From the NCBI GenBank assembly GCA_964532005.1, contig CAZHER010000001.1:55502-119501 (forward strand): a stretch of DNA of 64,000 nucleotides, read 5' to 3'. A model generated the notes under the pieces. The model did not search any database. It was not told where the DNA came from and saw only the letters and a program-made list of their open reading frames with translations. A program made the translations under genes and the position numbers. The DNA is from an uncultured Candidatus Saccharibacteria bacterium (GTDB lineage Bacteria; Patescibacteriota; Doudnabacteria; UBA920). This document shows positions 9,849 to 18,982 of this stretch, in pieces; the stretch's first letter is position 1, and each line of letters begins with the position of its first letter.

Positions 9849-10667
9849 ATGGATAATTTACCACATAACAACCCAGAAGCGGTTACTGAGTCAGAATCGG
9901 AACAAGATTACAAACATGATTATCGGGATAGGGAAATCGGCCGACAGTATTTTCCTATTGCTGCCTATGTTGGAATTATTGTAGCAATATTGGTGGGAGC
10001 TCTGATTATCGGTTTTAGTATTATAATTTCTTCAGGAAAGTATCCTCAATTGGCTGGCGATCGAGATAGTAAGCTGGCCGGGCCATCTGTCAACACAGGC
10101 TCGCAAATACAAAACGTTCCCCCAAATGCTGAAATAAAATTATTAGATGAGTACCCGTTTATGGGTTCAAAAGACGCCCCTATTACCATGGTGGAATTTG
10201 CAGATTTTCAGTGCCCATTCTGCAAGGAGTTTCATGATAAAGCTTTGGGGAAAATAAAGTCGGAGTATGTTGATTCAGGAATTGTTAAATTTTATTTTTT
10301 ACATTTTCCTTTTCTCGGGTCTGAATCGAACGCAGCAGCTGCCGCAGCCGAGTGCGCCAGACAGCAAAATAAGTTTTGGGAATTTCACGATCTATTGTAC
10401 AAGAATCAAGGGATGGAAAACGGCGGAGCTTTTGAAGATAAAGCTTTGTTAAAATTGGCAGGCCAATTAGAGTTAAATCTGGACAAATTTAATTCTTGCA
10501 GGGCCAACCCCAAAACAGCGGAAGCAGTAAAACAGCAACTAGATATAGGCCAGCAGCATGGGGTTGAGGCCACACCCACGGTTTTCATCAATGGAGCAAA
10601 ATATGAAGGTTCTAATCCTTTTTCAGCTTATCAGAGCTTAATAGAGGTGCTGAAAAGTAAAAAATAA
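9849..10667 (+). CDS. DsbA family thiol-disulfide oxidoreductase, membrane anchored
   Basis: N-terminal TM; 'EFADFQCPFC' CxxC; 'GVEATPT' cis-Pro loop. Confidence 0.9.
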   Translation: MDNLPHNNPEAVTESESEQDYKHDYRDREIGRQYFPIAAYVGIIVAILVGALIIGFSIIISSGKYPQLAGDRDSKLAGPSVNTGSQIQNVPPNAEIKLLDEYPFMGSKDAPITMVEFADFQCPFCKEFHDKALGKIKSEYVDSGIVKFYFLHFPFLGSESNAAAAAAECARQQNKFWEFHDLLYKNQGMENGGAFEDKALLKLAGQLELNLDKFNSCRANPKTAEAVKQQLDIGQQHGVEATPTVFINGAKYEGSNPFSAYQSLIEVLKSKK

Positions 10668-10732
10668 AATTGCTTGACCGGGCATAAATATGTTATAATT
10701 TAGCCAGTAATTATTCTTTAGAAACAAAAATA

Positions 10733-11893
10733 ATGAATAAAAAAGCTATAGCCATACTCGGGGGAATATTCCTTTTGATTGTATTGGCTCTGGGTTTGCT
10801 TATATTCCTAAGGTCACGAAATTCCAGCGACAACACAAATCAGAATTCTAATGATCAAGTTCAGGTTCCTGACCCTCAAAATAATACTGAACCAGAACCT
10901 GAACCAGAACAGCCTAGTGTCAACAGGGCAGAAAAACTTACCGACGGCGATGTTGTGGCTCCTGCGTTGTATTACAACGGACAAGGGATTTCTTATTTTG
11001 ACCAGCAGGGCCGTTTGTTTACCACCGACCTAGAAACTTCCGGCGATAAGGTATTGCTCAGCAACAAACGAGAAATTACCATCCCTTTGAAAGCCAACAT
11101 GATTAATGTTTATTGGGCACCGTCGGGACAAAATTTTATTGCTGAGTTGCAGTCCGGTGGAAAATCTATTTGGAGCTATTATGACGGCACCAAAGGATCA
11201 TATGTAGATATACCGTCACAAGTTCAGTCATTGGATTGGTTTGGCACAAGCGGAAAAATTTTGTTTGTCTGGCAGGATGAAACAGGAAAAGCTTATCTCA
11301 ATTCAGGAAACCCAGATACTACTGAATATCAAGTCTTAACTGACTTGTACGAGGCAGACAATAAGATTGTTGTTTCCCCTAACGGACGCAGTGTTTTATT
11401 TTACCGCTTTAACAATGCCGGAACCCAAAATTCTATCAATTTTGTTTCCCCTGACGGCAAAGTGTTCAAATCCATTGTAAAAGAAGGATATAATACGGGT
11501 GTAAAATGGTCTCCTGACAGCAACAAGTTCTTGTTCAATAGAAGAGATCCCGCAACTCAAAAGTTAGCACTATGGGTAGGAGATCTGACTTCAGGTGAGA
11601 TAAAAAGCTTGAACGTTGAAACTACTTTAGAAAAAACGGTATGGTCACGAGACGGACAAAATGTGTACGCCGCTGTGCCGAATAAAGGAATAGCCGGACA
11701 AGGCTTAACAGAAGACGTGCTATATAAAATAACAGTTTCCAGCACCCTGAGACAGCAATATGATTTCGGTGTGCCTGCTGACGCCAGAAATATGTTTGTT
11801 GACCAATCCGAGAGTAAGATTTTCTTCAAAAATTATCAAGATCAATATTTGTACTATTTCAACGTTCAAAATAGTTCAAACTCAGGACAGTAG
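10733..11893 (+). CDS. Membrane-anchored beta-propeller (TolB/WD40-like) protein
   Basis: N-terminal TM, PE-rich linker, repeated WSPD/VSPNG/WSRDG blades. Confidence 0.7.
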   Translation: MNKKAIAILGGIFLLIVLALGLLIFLRSRNSSDNTNQNSNDQVQVPDPQNNTEPEPEPEQPSVNRAEKLTDGDVVAPALYYNGQGISYFDQQGRLFTTDLETSGDKVLLSNKREITIPLKANMINVYWAPSGQNFIAELQSGGKSIWSYYDGTKGSYVDIPSQVQSLDWFGTSGKILFVWQDETGKAYLNSGNPDTTEYQVLTDLYEADNKIVVSPNGRSVLFYRFNNAGTQNSINFVSPDGKVFKSIVKEGYNTGVKWSPDSNKFLFNRRDPATQKLALWVGDLTSGEIKSLNVETTLEKTVWSRDGQNVYAAVPNKGIAGQGLTEDVLYKITVSSTLRQQYDFGVPADARNMFVDQSESKIFFKNYQDQYLYYFNVQNSSNSGQ

Positions 11894-11909
11894 TAATTTT
11901 TAAAATATT

Positions 11910-11938
11910 CACCCCTTCTTTCTTTTAAGAAGGGGTGT
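11910..11938. terminator. Hairpin, probable intrinsic terminator
   Basis: caccccttctt...aagaaggggtg inverted repeat. Confidence 0.6.
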
Positions 11939-11950
11939 TATTATTTATTT

Positions 11951-13297
11951 ATGAAAGAAAAAACAGTATATTTTTGTACAAATTGCAATTTTCAAACTCC
12001 TAGATGGCAGGGAAAATGTTCTGAATGTGGTGAATGGAACACTTTTGAAGAAAGAGTCATAACAACCTCTAAATCAAAAAATTCCTCTTATTCAAGCTTG
12101 AATTCGGGAAAGATTGTATCTTTAAGCCAGGTGGGCGATATGAAATTCGAGCGTTTAAGTTCTGGAATAGGAGAACTGGATAATGTGCTGGGTGGAGGCA
12201 TAGTTCCCGGAAGCTTGTTGCTATTGGGGGGAGACCCAGGAATTGGCAAGTCCACCTTGGCTTTGCAAGTGGCTTTGAACATGGGTTCTGCCAACGGAAC
12301 CGTTTTATATATATCTGGGGAAGAATCAGCACAGCAAATAAAAATGAGGAGCAGAAGAATTCCAAGCGGAACCGATATACAAATTTTAGGGGAAACTAAC
12401 TTGGAGACTATCCTAGATGTTTTGGTGAATACTAAGCCTAGTATAGCAATTATAGATTCCATTCAAACGTTGAACTCCCAAGAAATTGGCGGTGTGGTCG
12501 GCGGGGTAAGCCAACTTAGTTATTGCACCAATGCTTTAATGCGAGTAGCAAAAGAGAACCATATTGCAATTTTGCTTATTGGGCACGTAACCAAAGAGGG
12601 AATGCTGGCAGGGCCAAAAACAATTGAACATATGGTGGATACGGTTTTGTATTTGGAAGGGGATCGTTTTTTAACTTTGCGTCTACTGCGTAGCAGTAAA
12701 AATAGATTCGGAAGTGTCGGAGAAGTTGGTGTGTTCGAGATGACTGAACAGGGGTTGAAAGAAGTAGTCAATCCATCATTGCTGTTTTTGGAAAACCGGG
12801 GATCGGCACTGCCCGGAAGTTGCGTCGCAGCAGTACTAGAAGGGAATAAGACACTGTTTCTAGAAGTACAAGCACTGACCAGTCCCTCTTCTTTCGGCTA
12901 TCCAAAGCGTGCTACGTCAGGCTTCGATGTAAACAGACTACAGTTGCTTTTGGCTATCCTGCAAAAAAGCTTAAAACTCGAACTGAATGCCCACGATGTG
13001 TACATAAATGTTGCAGGAGGTTTTAAAATCCAGGAAAGAGCAGCAGACCTAGCAGTGGTGATGGCAGTGCTCTCATCTTTTAAAAACAGAGCTTTACCTG
13101 AAGATTTGGTTGCTTTTGGTGAAATTGGCCTACTTGGAGAATTGCGCGCTGTTAGCCAATCAGATCGTAGGCTAAAAGAAGCTCAAAAATTATCTTTTAA
13201 AAACATTATTATAGGAGGACAGGCAAAAGGGGTCTCAAAAGATAAATCAGTGTTTTCGGTTTCAAAAATACAAGAGTTGGTGAAGTTTTTAGGATAA
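11951..13297 (+). CDS. radA: DNA repair protein RadA/Sms
   Basis: C4 zinc finger, GDPGIGKS, KNRFG motif, Lon-like C-terminus. Confidence 0.97.
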   Translation: MKEKTVYFCTNCNFQTPRWQGKCSECGEWNTFEERVITTSKSKNSSYSSLNSGKIVSLSQVGDMKFERLSSGIGELDNVLGGGIVPGSLLLLGGDPGIGKSTLALQVALNMGSANGTVLYISGEESAQQIKMRSRRIPSGTDIQILGETNLETILDVLVNTKPSIAIIDSIQTLNSQEIGGVVGGVSQLSYCTNALMRVAKENHIAILLIGHVTKEGMLAGPKTIEHMVDTVLYLEGDRFLTLRLLRSSKNRFGSVGEVGVFEMTEQGLKEVVNPSLLFLENRGSALPGSCVAAVLEGNKTLFLEVQALTSPSSFGYPKRATSGFDVNRLQLLLAILQKSLKLELNAHDVYINVAGGFKIQERAADLAVVMAVLSSFKNRALPEDLVAFGEIGLLGELRAVSQSDRRLKEAQKLSFKNIIIGGQAKGVSKDKSVFSVSKIQELVKFLG

Positions 13298-13300
13298 GTC

Positions 13301-15355
13301 TCATTCTTGGTGAGTAACTGATATTATAGGCTCTATTTTTTGAAGAAGAAGTGGGAAGCGAGCAAGGCTTTTGTCCTGTTTAAACAGAGCTGTTGCTGCG
13401 ATTTGGGCTATTTCAGCCATTTCTGAAGTGAAATATCTGGAAAATTGGAAAGAAAATCCACTTTGTTCAGTTCCAAACAGATTACCAAAACCTCTTTGCT
13501 TCAGATCTTGTTCTGCTAAAGCAAATCCGTCCAAACAGTTGGCGAAAAATTTCAATCTTTCATAATTTTTGGCATCTCCAGAGCTCGAAAACAATGCACA
13601 AAAACTTTTTTGTCCTGCACGGCCAACCCTGCCTCTTAGTTGGTGGAGTTGGGCAAGTCCAAATCTTTCTGCTCCTTCAATAATAATCCAGCTTGCCCGT
13701 GGAATATCTATGCCAATTTCAATGACCGAAGTTGCTACTAATATTTTTATTTTTCCTTGACTGAATTCTGACATCACTTGCTCTTTATCAACTCCTTTCA
13801 TTGATCCATATAGCAGCCCCATCGGAATATTTTTAAATGGTCCCGATTTTAGTTTTTCATATTCTTCCTTTACGGATTTAATTTGCGAAGTCTCACTATC
13901 TTCAACTCTAGGTGTGACAATGAATGCCTGCTCGCCATTCTTGATGGCATCGATTAGTACTGAATAAATTTTTTGTCGGTCACTTTCTTGAGCAAGAAGA
14001 GTGGAAATTTTTTTTGTCCCAGAGGGTATAGTGTAGAGAGTTGAAATTTTTAAGTTACCGTAAAACGACAACGCTAGGGTTCTGGGAATTGGTGTTGCCG
14101 ACATGGATAGAAGATGAGGGACAAGTTTTTGATACTGCACTTGCTTAAGCACAAAAGATCGTTGGTTTACTCCAAACCTGTGCTGCTCGTCAATAATTGC
14201 CAATCCCAACTTGTTAAAACTTACTTCTTTTTGGAGAATTGCGTGTGTACCAATTAAAATTTGTATTGATCCTGACGCGGTTTTTTCCAATAGCTCCGCT
14301 TTGTTTTTTACATTGGTACCGTTGGATTCAGCGAAATTCTTAGTTAAAAATCCGATAGAGCATTCTGGTAGAAATTTTTTAAAATATGTATAGTGCTGGG
14401 AAGCAAGTATTTCCGTCGGTGCAAGAACACAGGTTTGCCAACCGGAAATTGCATTGTTTAACGCTGCCAAGACCGCCACCAAAGTTTTTCCACTACCAAC
14501 ATCGCCTTGTAACAGACGAACCATTTGTTCGCCTGACGATAGGTCTTGCATAATGTCCCACAAAGCTCTTTTTTGGCTAGCAGTAAGCTGGAACGGCAAA
14601 GTTTTTAGAGTTTTGGCAACCTGTTCGGTTTGCAATTCTATTGGCGGTGCAGACACTTTTGCTTGTCTGGATTGCTGTAATCCAGCCGCCAATTGGTGTA
14701 CAAACAGCTCTTCAAAAGCTATTCGGTTTTTGGCCAGCTCCAGTTCTTGATCGTTGTCTGGAAAATGAAGGTCTAGTATTGTCTTATTTATATTGGGTAG
14801 GCGATATTTTTTTAATATTTTCTTTGGAAGTATTTCGGGTTCTTGCTCTGCATAAGGCAATGCTGAAGTAATGATGTTTCTCAGAGTTTTGTTTGAAATC
14901 ACCGAACTGCCCGAATAAACAGGTACAAGTCGACCTGTATGTACTGAATCGGAGCTCAGCTTTTCATAAATAGGATTCTGTAACTGCAAAACATTTTTGT
15001 AGTAAGTAGCGGTCCCAGCTAGGGCAATGTCGTCGCCGGCAGAAAGGGCTTTGGCAATATAGGGTTGGTTAAACCAAATTATTTTAATGGATCCTGTTTT
15101 ATCGGATACAACTGCTTCCGAGCGACTCATTCGTCCCCGGAAAGCAAAAGACGCTGAGACGGATTTTACCTGTCCCCGTATTGTCACAGCTTGCCCCGTT
15201 TTGATTTTTGAGATGGAAACTATTTGCCTAAAATCTAAATATCGCAAAGGAAAATGCCAAAGCAAATCCTTTATGGTATTAATTCCTATTTTTTCAAGAT
15301 TTTTGGCAACAGCAGGACCAACTTTGGGTAGAATTGTGACTGGATCGTGTGTCAT
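13301..15355 (-). CDS. recG: ATP-dependent DNA helicase RecG
   Basis: OB wedge, LLQGDVGSGKT, DEQHRFG, SATPIPRTL, QLRGRVGR. Confidence 0.97.
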   Translation of the reverse strand: MTHDPVTILPKVGPAVAKNLEKIGINTIKDLLWHFPLRYLDFRQIVSISKIKTGQAVTIRGQVKSVSASFAFRGRMSRSEAVVSDKTGSIKIIWFNQPYIAKALSAGDDIALAGTATYYKNVLQLQNPIYEKLSSDSVHTGRLVPVYSGSSVISNKTLRNIITSALPYAEQEPEILPKKILKKYRLPNINKTILDLHFPDNDQELELAKNRIAFEELFVHQLAAGLQQSRQAKVSAPPIELQTEQVAKTLKTLPFQLTASQKRALWDIMQDLSSGEQMVRLLQGDVGSGKTLVAVLAALNNAISGWQTCVLAPTEILASQHYTYFKKFLPECSIGFLTKNFAESNGTNVKNKAELLEKTASGSIQILIGTHAILQKEVSFNKLGLAIIDEQHRFGVNQRSFVLKQVQYQKLVPHLLSMSATPIPRTLALSFYGNLKISTLYTIPSGTKKISTLLAQESDRQKIYSVLIDAIKNGEQAFIVTPRVEDSETSQIKSVKEEYEKLKSGPFKNIPMGLLYGSMKGVDKEQVMSEFSQGKIKILVATSVIEIGIDIPRASWIIIEGAERFGLAQLHQLRGRVGRAGQKSFCALFSSSGDAKNYERLKFFANCLDGFALAEQDLKQRGFGNLFGTEQSGFSFQFSRYFTSEMAEIAQIAATALFKQDKSLARFPLLLQKIEPIISVTHQE

Positions 15356-15398
15356 ATAAAATAAAATAACCTCGCCGTTGTGTTCGAGGTTTTCTTAG

Positions 15399-15474
15399 TG
15401 GTGCTCCCGGCAGGGATCGAACCTACGGCCTTCTCCTCCGGAGGGAGACGCTCTATCCACTGAGCTACGGAAGC
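15399..15474 (-). tRNA. tRNA-Arg(CCG)
   Basis: Reverse complement GCTTCCGTAGCTCAGTGGATAGAGC...CT-CCG-GA...GGTTCGATCC...CGGGAGCACCA; encoded CCA. Confidence 0.95.
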
Positions 15475-15482
15475 CGATTCTT

Positions 15483-15950
15483 CTAAAACCGGAGTTTATG
15501 AATTAGCCGCTGTACAAAAGTTTCTTCTGTGCTGGAATGTTCCGGTACCTCTCTTAGTAAGATTTCCCTAACTGCATCAGGATTTTGGGTTTCTAGTTCT
15601 ACAAGAATAGTGCGGTTAATGTAAGCCGTGGTTTCAATATTTAAAGTTTTGTGATTTTCGTTATCTACAATCCAAAAGTATTTCATTTGGGCGTAGGGGA
15701 TAAAACTCCGCTCTATTCTTATTCCTTCCGATGTCAGACTAATATTAACTTTTCCAGGTTGGTGCATAGCAAAAATTAAAATAAAAATCGCTATAATGCC
15801 TAGACTGATTGCACCAAAATAGTCTTTCTGAAATATTTCAAAAGCAATAATTAGGACCACTATGATCCCCAAAGTCCCATACCAAGCTATATTTTTGGGA
15901 TAGTGTCTAAATTCAGCTGCCTCCCATGACAAGAATGTTGTTTCAGCCAT
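15483..15950 (-). CDS. Hypothetical two-TM membrane protein (DUF5673-like)
   Basis: 'LSWEAAEF...WY', two TM helices, small C-terminal beta domain. Confidence 0.7.
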   Translation of the reverse strand: MAETTFLSWEAAEFRHYPKNIAWYGTLGIIVVLIIAFEIFQKDYFGAISLGIIAIFILIFAMHQPGKVNISLTSEGIRIERSFIPYAQMKYFWIVDNENHKTLNIETTAYINRTILVELETQNPDAVREILLREVPEHSSTEETFVQRLIHKLRF

Positions 15951-15952
15951 TT

Positions 15953-16024
15953 TTATTTCTTAGCTTCTTTCTTAGGTTTTTTCTTGTTCCTATTCTTTTT
16001 TTGAGCGTTATTTCCTTTGGCCAT
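15953..16024 (-). CDS. Putative 23-aa Lys-rich microprotein MAKGNNAQKKNRNKKKPKKEAKK
   Basis: ATG 16024, stop 2 nt before next gene's ATG, extended -10 TGTTATAAT at 16046-16054. Confidence 0.55.
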   Translation of the reverse strand: MAKGNNAQKKNRNKKKPKKEAKK

Positions 16025-16083
16025 ACAGATATTGTTTACATTTATATTATAACACAGGCTAGAAGTAATCTTGCCAGCCAGAC

Positions 16084-16171
<88 letters not shown>

Positions 16172-16334
16172 TAAAAATTCATAGTATTAGCTATATTATA
16201 ACAGTAATTTTATGTATACAAAAACGGCCTTATCTCTAGAATTCGGCCGTTGTTTGTTTTATTTTTCTTTCCGTATTTCAATCATTCCGGAGTGGCTGAC
16301 CAATTTGGTTGGGCAACCAGCCAAGAAAGATGAT

Positions 16335-17474
16335 TTATTCTGGCTGTTCTGCTATATATCCGCCGGTCAAGGTTCCTGATTCTACCGGTTCAGTTTCTTC
16401 CGGGTTCGGTTCCACAGGCTTTTGAGTTTGCCCGGTTACGGATGGTTTTGTAGTGTTTGCGCTCTTTACTTGTCCCGAAGTTGCAGTAGCTGCAGTTGTT
16501 GCGACCTCAACTGTTTGTGCAATGAGTAAGCCGTCTTTTTTTACAGCTGACACGGAAACTTGAGCTTTCAAGGGGAGAGAACCAAGTTTAAGAATATTAT
16601 CGCCCTGCTTAATTTGTGTCTCTTCAGTGATGGAGAGATATTCTGAGCCTACTAAAATCTGGTGCTTGTTTAAACTAATATACTGGACAGTGCCTGATAC
16701 ATTAATTATCTGTTCTACCAGTTCCATCAGTTCGGGATCATTTACTGCTGTTATTAAAGTTGCCAATGTTTTTTCTTGGTCTTCGGTTGCCTGCAAGGTG
16801 CTGTCTGCTATTTCTTTTGTTGCTTCTTGTTCAGGAACGGTTTTAAGCAAATCTTTTTGTTGATTGTTAACAGCAATTAACTCTTTAAATAGAGTTGAGT
16901 CATTATTAGCGATGGCATCTGTGGCTGCTACTGAAGGCACCAGCGCAAATGTTTTTTCCGTCTGCTCCTTAAGTACATTCAGTGCTTCTGCTTGCTGGTC
17001 CGGTGTACTGTCTTTGTTCAGTACGGTAGATACTTCTTCTATGCGCTTTTGGGAATATGATAACTCCAACTTTGCTTTTTTAGTCTGATCGGTTGTTATT
17101 GCCACCCTGGTTCGTTCAGCTGCTAGTTTGAACTTGTACAAACTGTCTCCCGGCAAACTGTGCTGAGCTGCTACTACAAACTGAGTTCCACCAATAAATA
17201 AGAACACCGCGGTCATAGGAATAATGGCAATCTTGAAAATGTTTTGAAGCTTTTGCTGCCAGGGTACATGTATCGCATAAACGTATTTGTTGCGTTTTAC
17301 TGGTACAGGCACGCTGTTTTTTGGCAAAGATATTGCAGGCTGTATAGTGCTTAAAAGTTCTGAAAGTTCTTCTTTATGCTCCGGATGCATCGCTAAAACG
17401 GCTTTCAGAGTTTTACCACGTGAAAGTTCAAAAATGCTGCTATCTAATATTTCTTCAATTGATTGTTTTTCCAT
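16335..17474 (-). CDS. Putative anti-sigma factor with DUF5667-like domain
   Basis: Directly downstream of ECF sigma; single TM followed by 'SLPGDSLYKFKLAAE'. Confidence 0.75.
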   Translation of the reverse strand: MEKQSIEEILDSSIFELSRGKTLKAVLAMHPEHKEELSELLSTIQPAISLPKNSVPVPVKRNKYVYAIHVPWQQKLQNIFKIAIIPMTAVFLFIGGTQFVVAAQHSLPGDSLYKFKLAAERTRVAITTDQTKKAKLELSYSQKRIEEVSTVLNKDSTPDQQAEALNVLKEQTEKTFALVPSVAATDAIANNDSTLFKELIAVNNQQKDLLKTVPEQEATKEIADSTLQATEDQEKTLATLITAVNDPELMELVEQIINVSGTVQYISLNKHQILVGSEYLSITEETQIKQGDNILKLGSLPLKAQVSVSAVKKDGLLIAQTVEVATTAATATSGQVKSANTTKPSVTGQTQKPVEPNPEETEPVESGTLTGGYIAEQPE

Positions 17475-17481
17475 TTTAGCT

Positions 17482-18084
17482 TTATTCCTGATTTAGATTC
17501 AGAGAGTCGATTATACTTTTCAGCTTTGTTATTGCTCGATGTTGGACTACTCGTACTGCCCCTTCGGTTTTTCCTGTCATTTCGGCAATTTCAGCATTTG
17601 TAAGGTCTTCATAAAATTTTAGTCTTATAACAGTTTGCTGTTCCGCTGGTAGTTCTCGGAGAATTTTAAGAAGAATTTTTTGATCGAACTGGAGATTTAC
17701 ACTATCTACAACATTGGTTTCATACTCCAACGTATTTTCCAGATCGTCTAGAGGCAAAAGTTGTTTTTTGACCCTGTAATAATCTATAACCCTATTTCTT
17801 GCTATCTGGTAGATCCAAGATTCGAAGGATTTGGCTTTATCTAAAGAAGATAGAGAGGTAAAAGCTCTGATAAACACTTCTTCTGTTATGTCCTCGGCGA
17901 CTTCCTGATGGCTAACTCGGAAATATACAAATCTATATATTTTATCAAAATAAAGATCGTATATTTTGGCGAAAGCTGAATCTTTGCCGCTTTTTGCCTC
18001 ATTTAAGAGATTTTCCAAACGGTCTGACCCAGATCCAAAAATTGATTTTAAGCTACCGTTATTATAGACGAGATTGTTAGACAT
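17482..18084 (-). CDS. ECF RNA polymerase sigma factor (true start may be downstream)
   Basis: Region 2 'AEDITEEVF..FESWIYQIARNRVID', region 4 'EIAEMTGKTEGAVRVVQHRA'. Confidence 0.93.
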   Translation of the reverse strand: MSNNLVYNNGSLKSIFGSGSDRLENLLNEAKSGKDSAFAKIYDLYFDKIYRFVYFRVSHQEVAEDITEEVFIRAFTSLSSLDKAKSFESWIYQIARNRVIDYYRVKKQLLPLDDLENTLEYETNVVDSVNLQFDQKILLKILRELPAEQQTVIRLKFYEDLTNAEIAEMTGKTEGAVRVVQHRAITKLKSIIDSLNLNQE

Positions 18085-18092
18085 ATGTTACA
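18061..18092 (-). promoter_or_regulatory. Putative ECF-type autoregulatory promoter TGTAAC-N16-CGTCT
   Basis: Reverse complement TGTAAC atatgtctaacaatct CGTCTATAAT at 5' end of the sigma gene. Confidence 0.55.
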
Positions 18093-18147
18093 GGTTCAGA
18101 ATTAGCACAAAACCACCTAATGGTGGTTTTATTCTAGCACAATTCTT

Positions 18148-18241
<94 letters not shown>

Positions 18242-18293
18242 AAATACTGGTATATATTATCATAAACACATTTTCATTTCCAGGGCTATTGGT

Positions 18294-18971
18294 CTAGTCT
18301 TTGGCCAGTACAAATGCCCATATTTTGTTTACACCTTGGAGTTTGAGGATATGCGCGGCAGATTCTAGGGTTGAGCCTGTCGTTGCCACATCATCGATCA
18401 AAATAATATTTTTGGCTTTGATGGCAAGTGAAAGTTTTTGGTTTATTGCAAAACAATTTTTCATGTTTTTTGCACGATCTTTGGCAGTTAAGTCTTTTTG
18501 GGTTTTTGTATTTTTATGTCTGGTAATCAAATTTATACAAGGTATCTTTAAAAGATCACCTAAAGTTTTGGCTATTAGCGTACTTTGATTAAAGCCGCGC
18601 CAACGAATCCTTCGTTTGTGTAAAGGTATGGGGCACAAAATGAAATCTTTCATTATGTTTTTGAAACGGTCATCCATAGCATTGAAGGAAATATTACTTA
18701 GACTAGCAAAAATTTCAGGCATAAACAGATACTTTCCCGTAATTATCAAATTATTTATGGGTTCTTTATATTCAAAAATGTAAATTAGAGCTTCAATATT
18801 TGGTGTGAATGGACTAGTCATGGAGCCAGACGTCGTAAGTTTAGCAACTTTGCTTAATCCAATCGTACATTTAGGGCACAAAAAACTCCCTTCCTTCATG
18901 CATTGAATACATTTGAGAGGGAAGAGAGCTTTTAGAACCTGACTAAGTAATTTTTTAACTGTTGAAATCAG
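18294..18971 (-). CDS. comF: ComF family competence protein (phosphoribosyltransferase fold); probable non-canonical start upstream of ATG 18899
   Basis: 'PIPLH..R..RGFNQS', 'LIDDVATTGSTL'; in-frame LFPLKCIQC upstream of the first ATG. Confidence 0.88.
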   Translation of the reverse strand: MISTVKKLLSQVLKALFPLKCIQCMKEGSFLCPKCTIGLSKVAKLTTSGSMTSPFTPNIEALIYIFEYKEPINNLIITGKYLFMPEIFASLSNISFNAMDDRFKNIMKDFILCPIPLHKRRIRWRGFNQSTLIAKTLGDLLKIPCINLITRHKNTKTQKDLTAKDRAKNMKNCFAINQKLSLAIKAKNIILIDDVATTGSTLESAAHILKLQGVNKIWAFVLAKD

Positions 18972-18982
18972 ATGCTTCCTTT

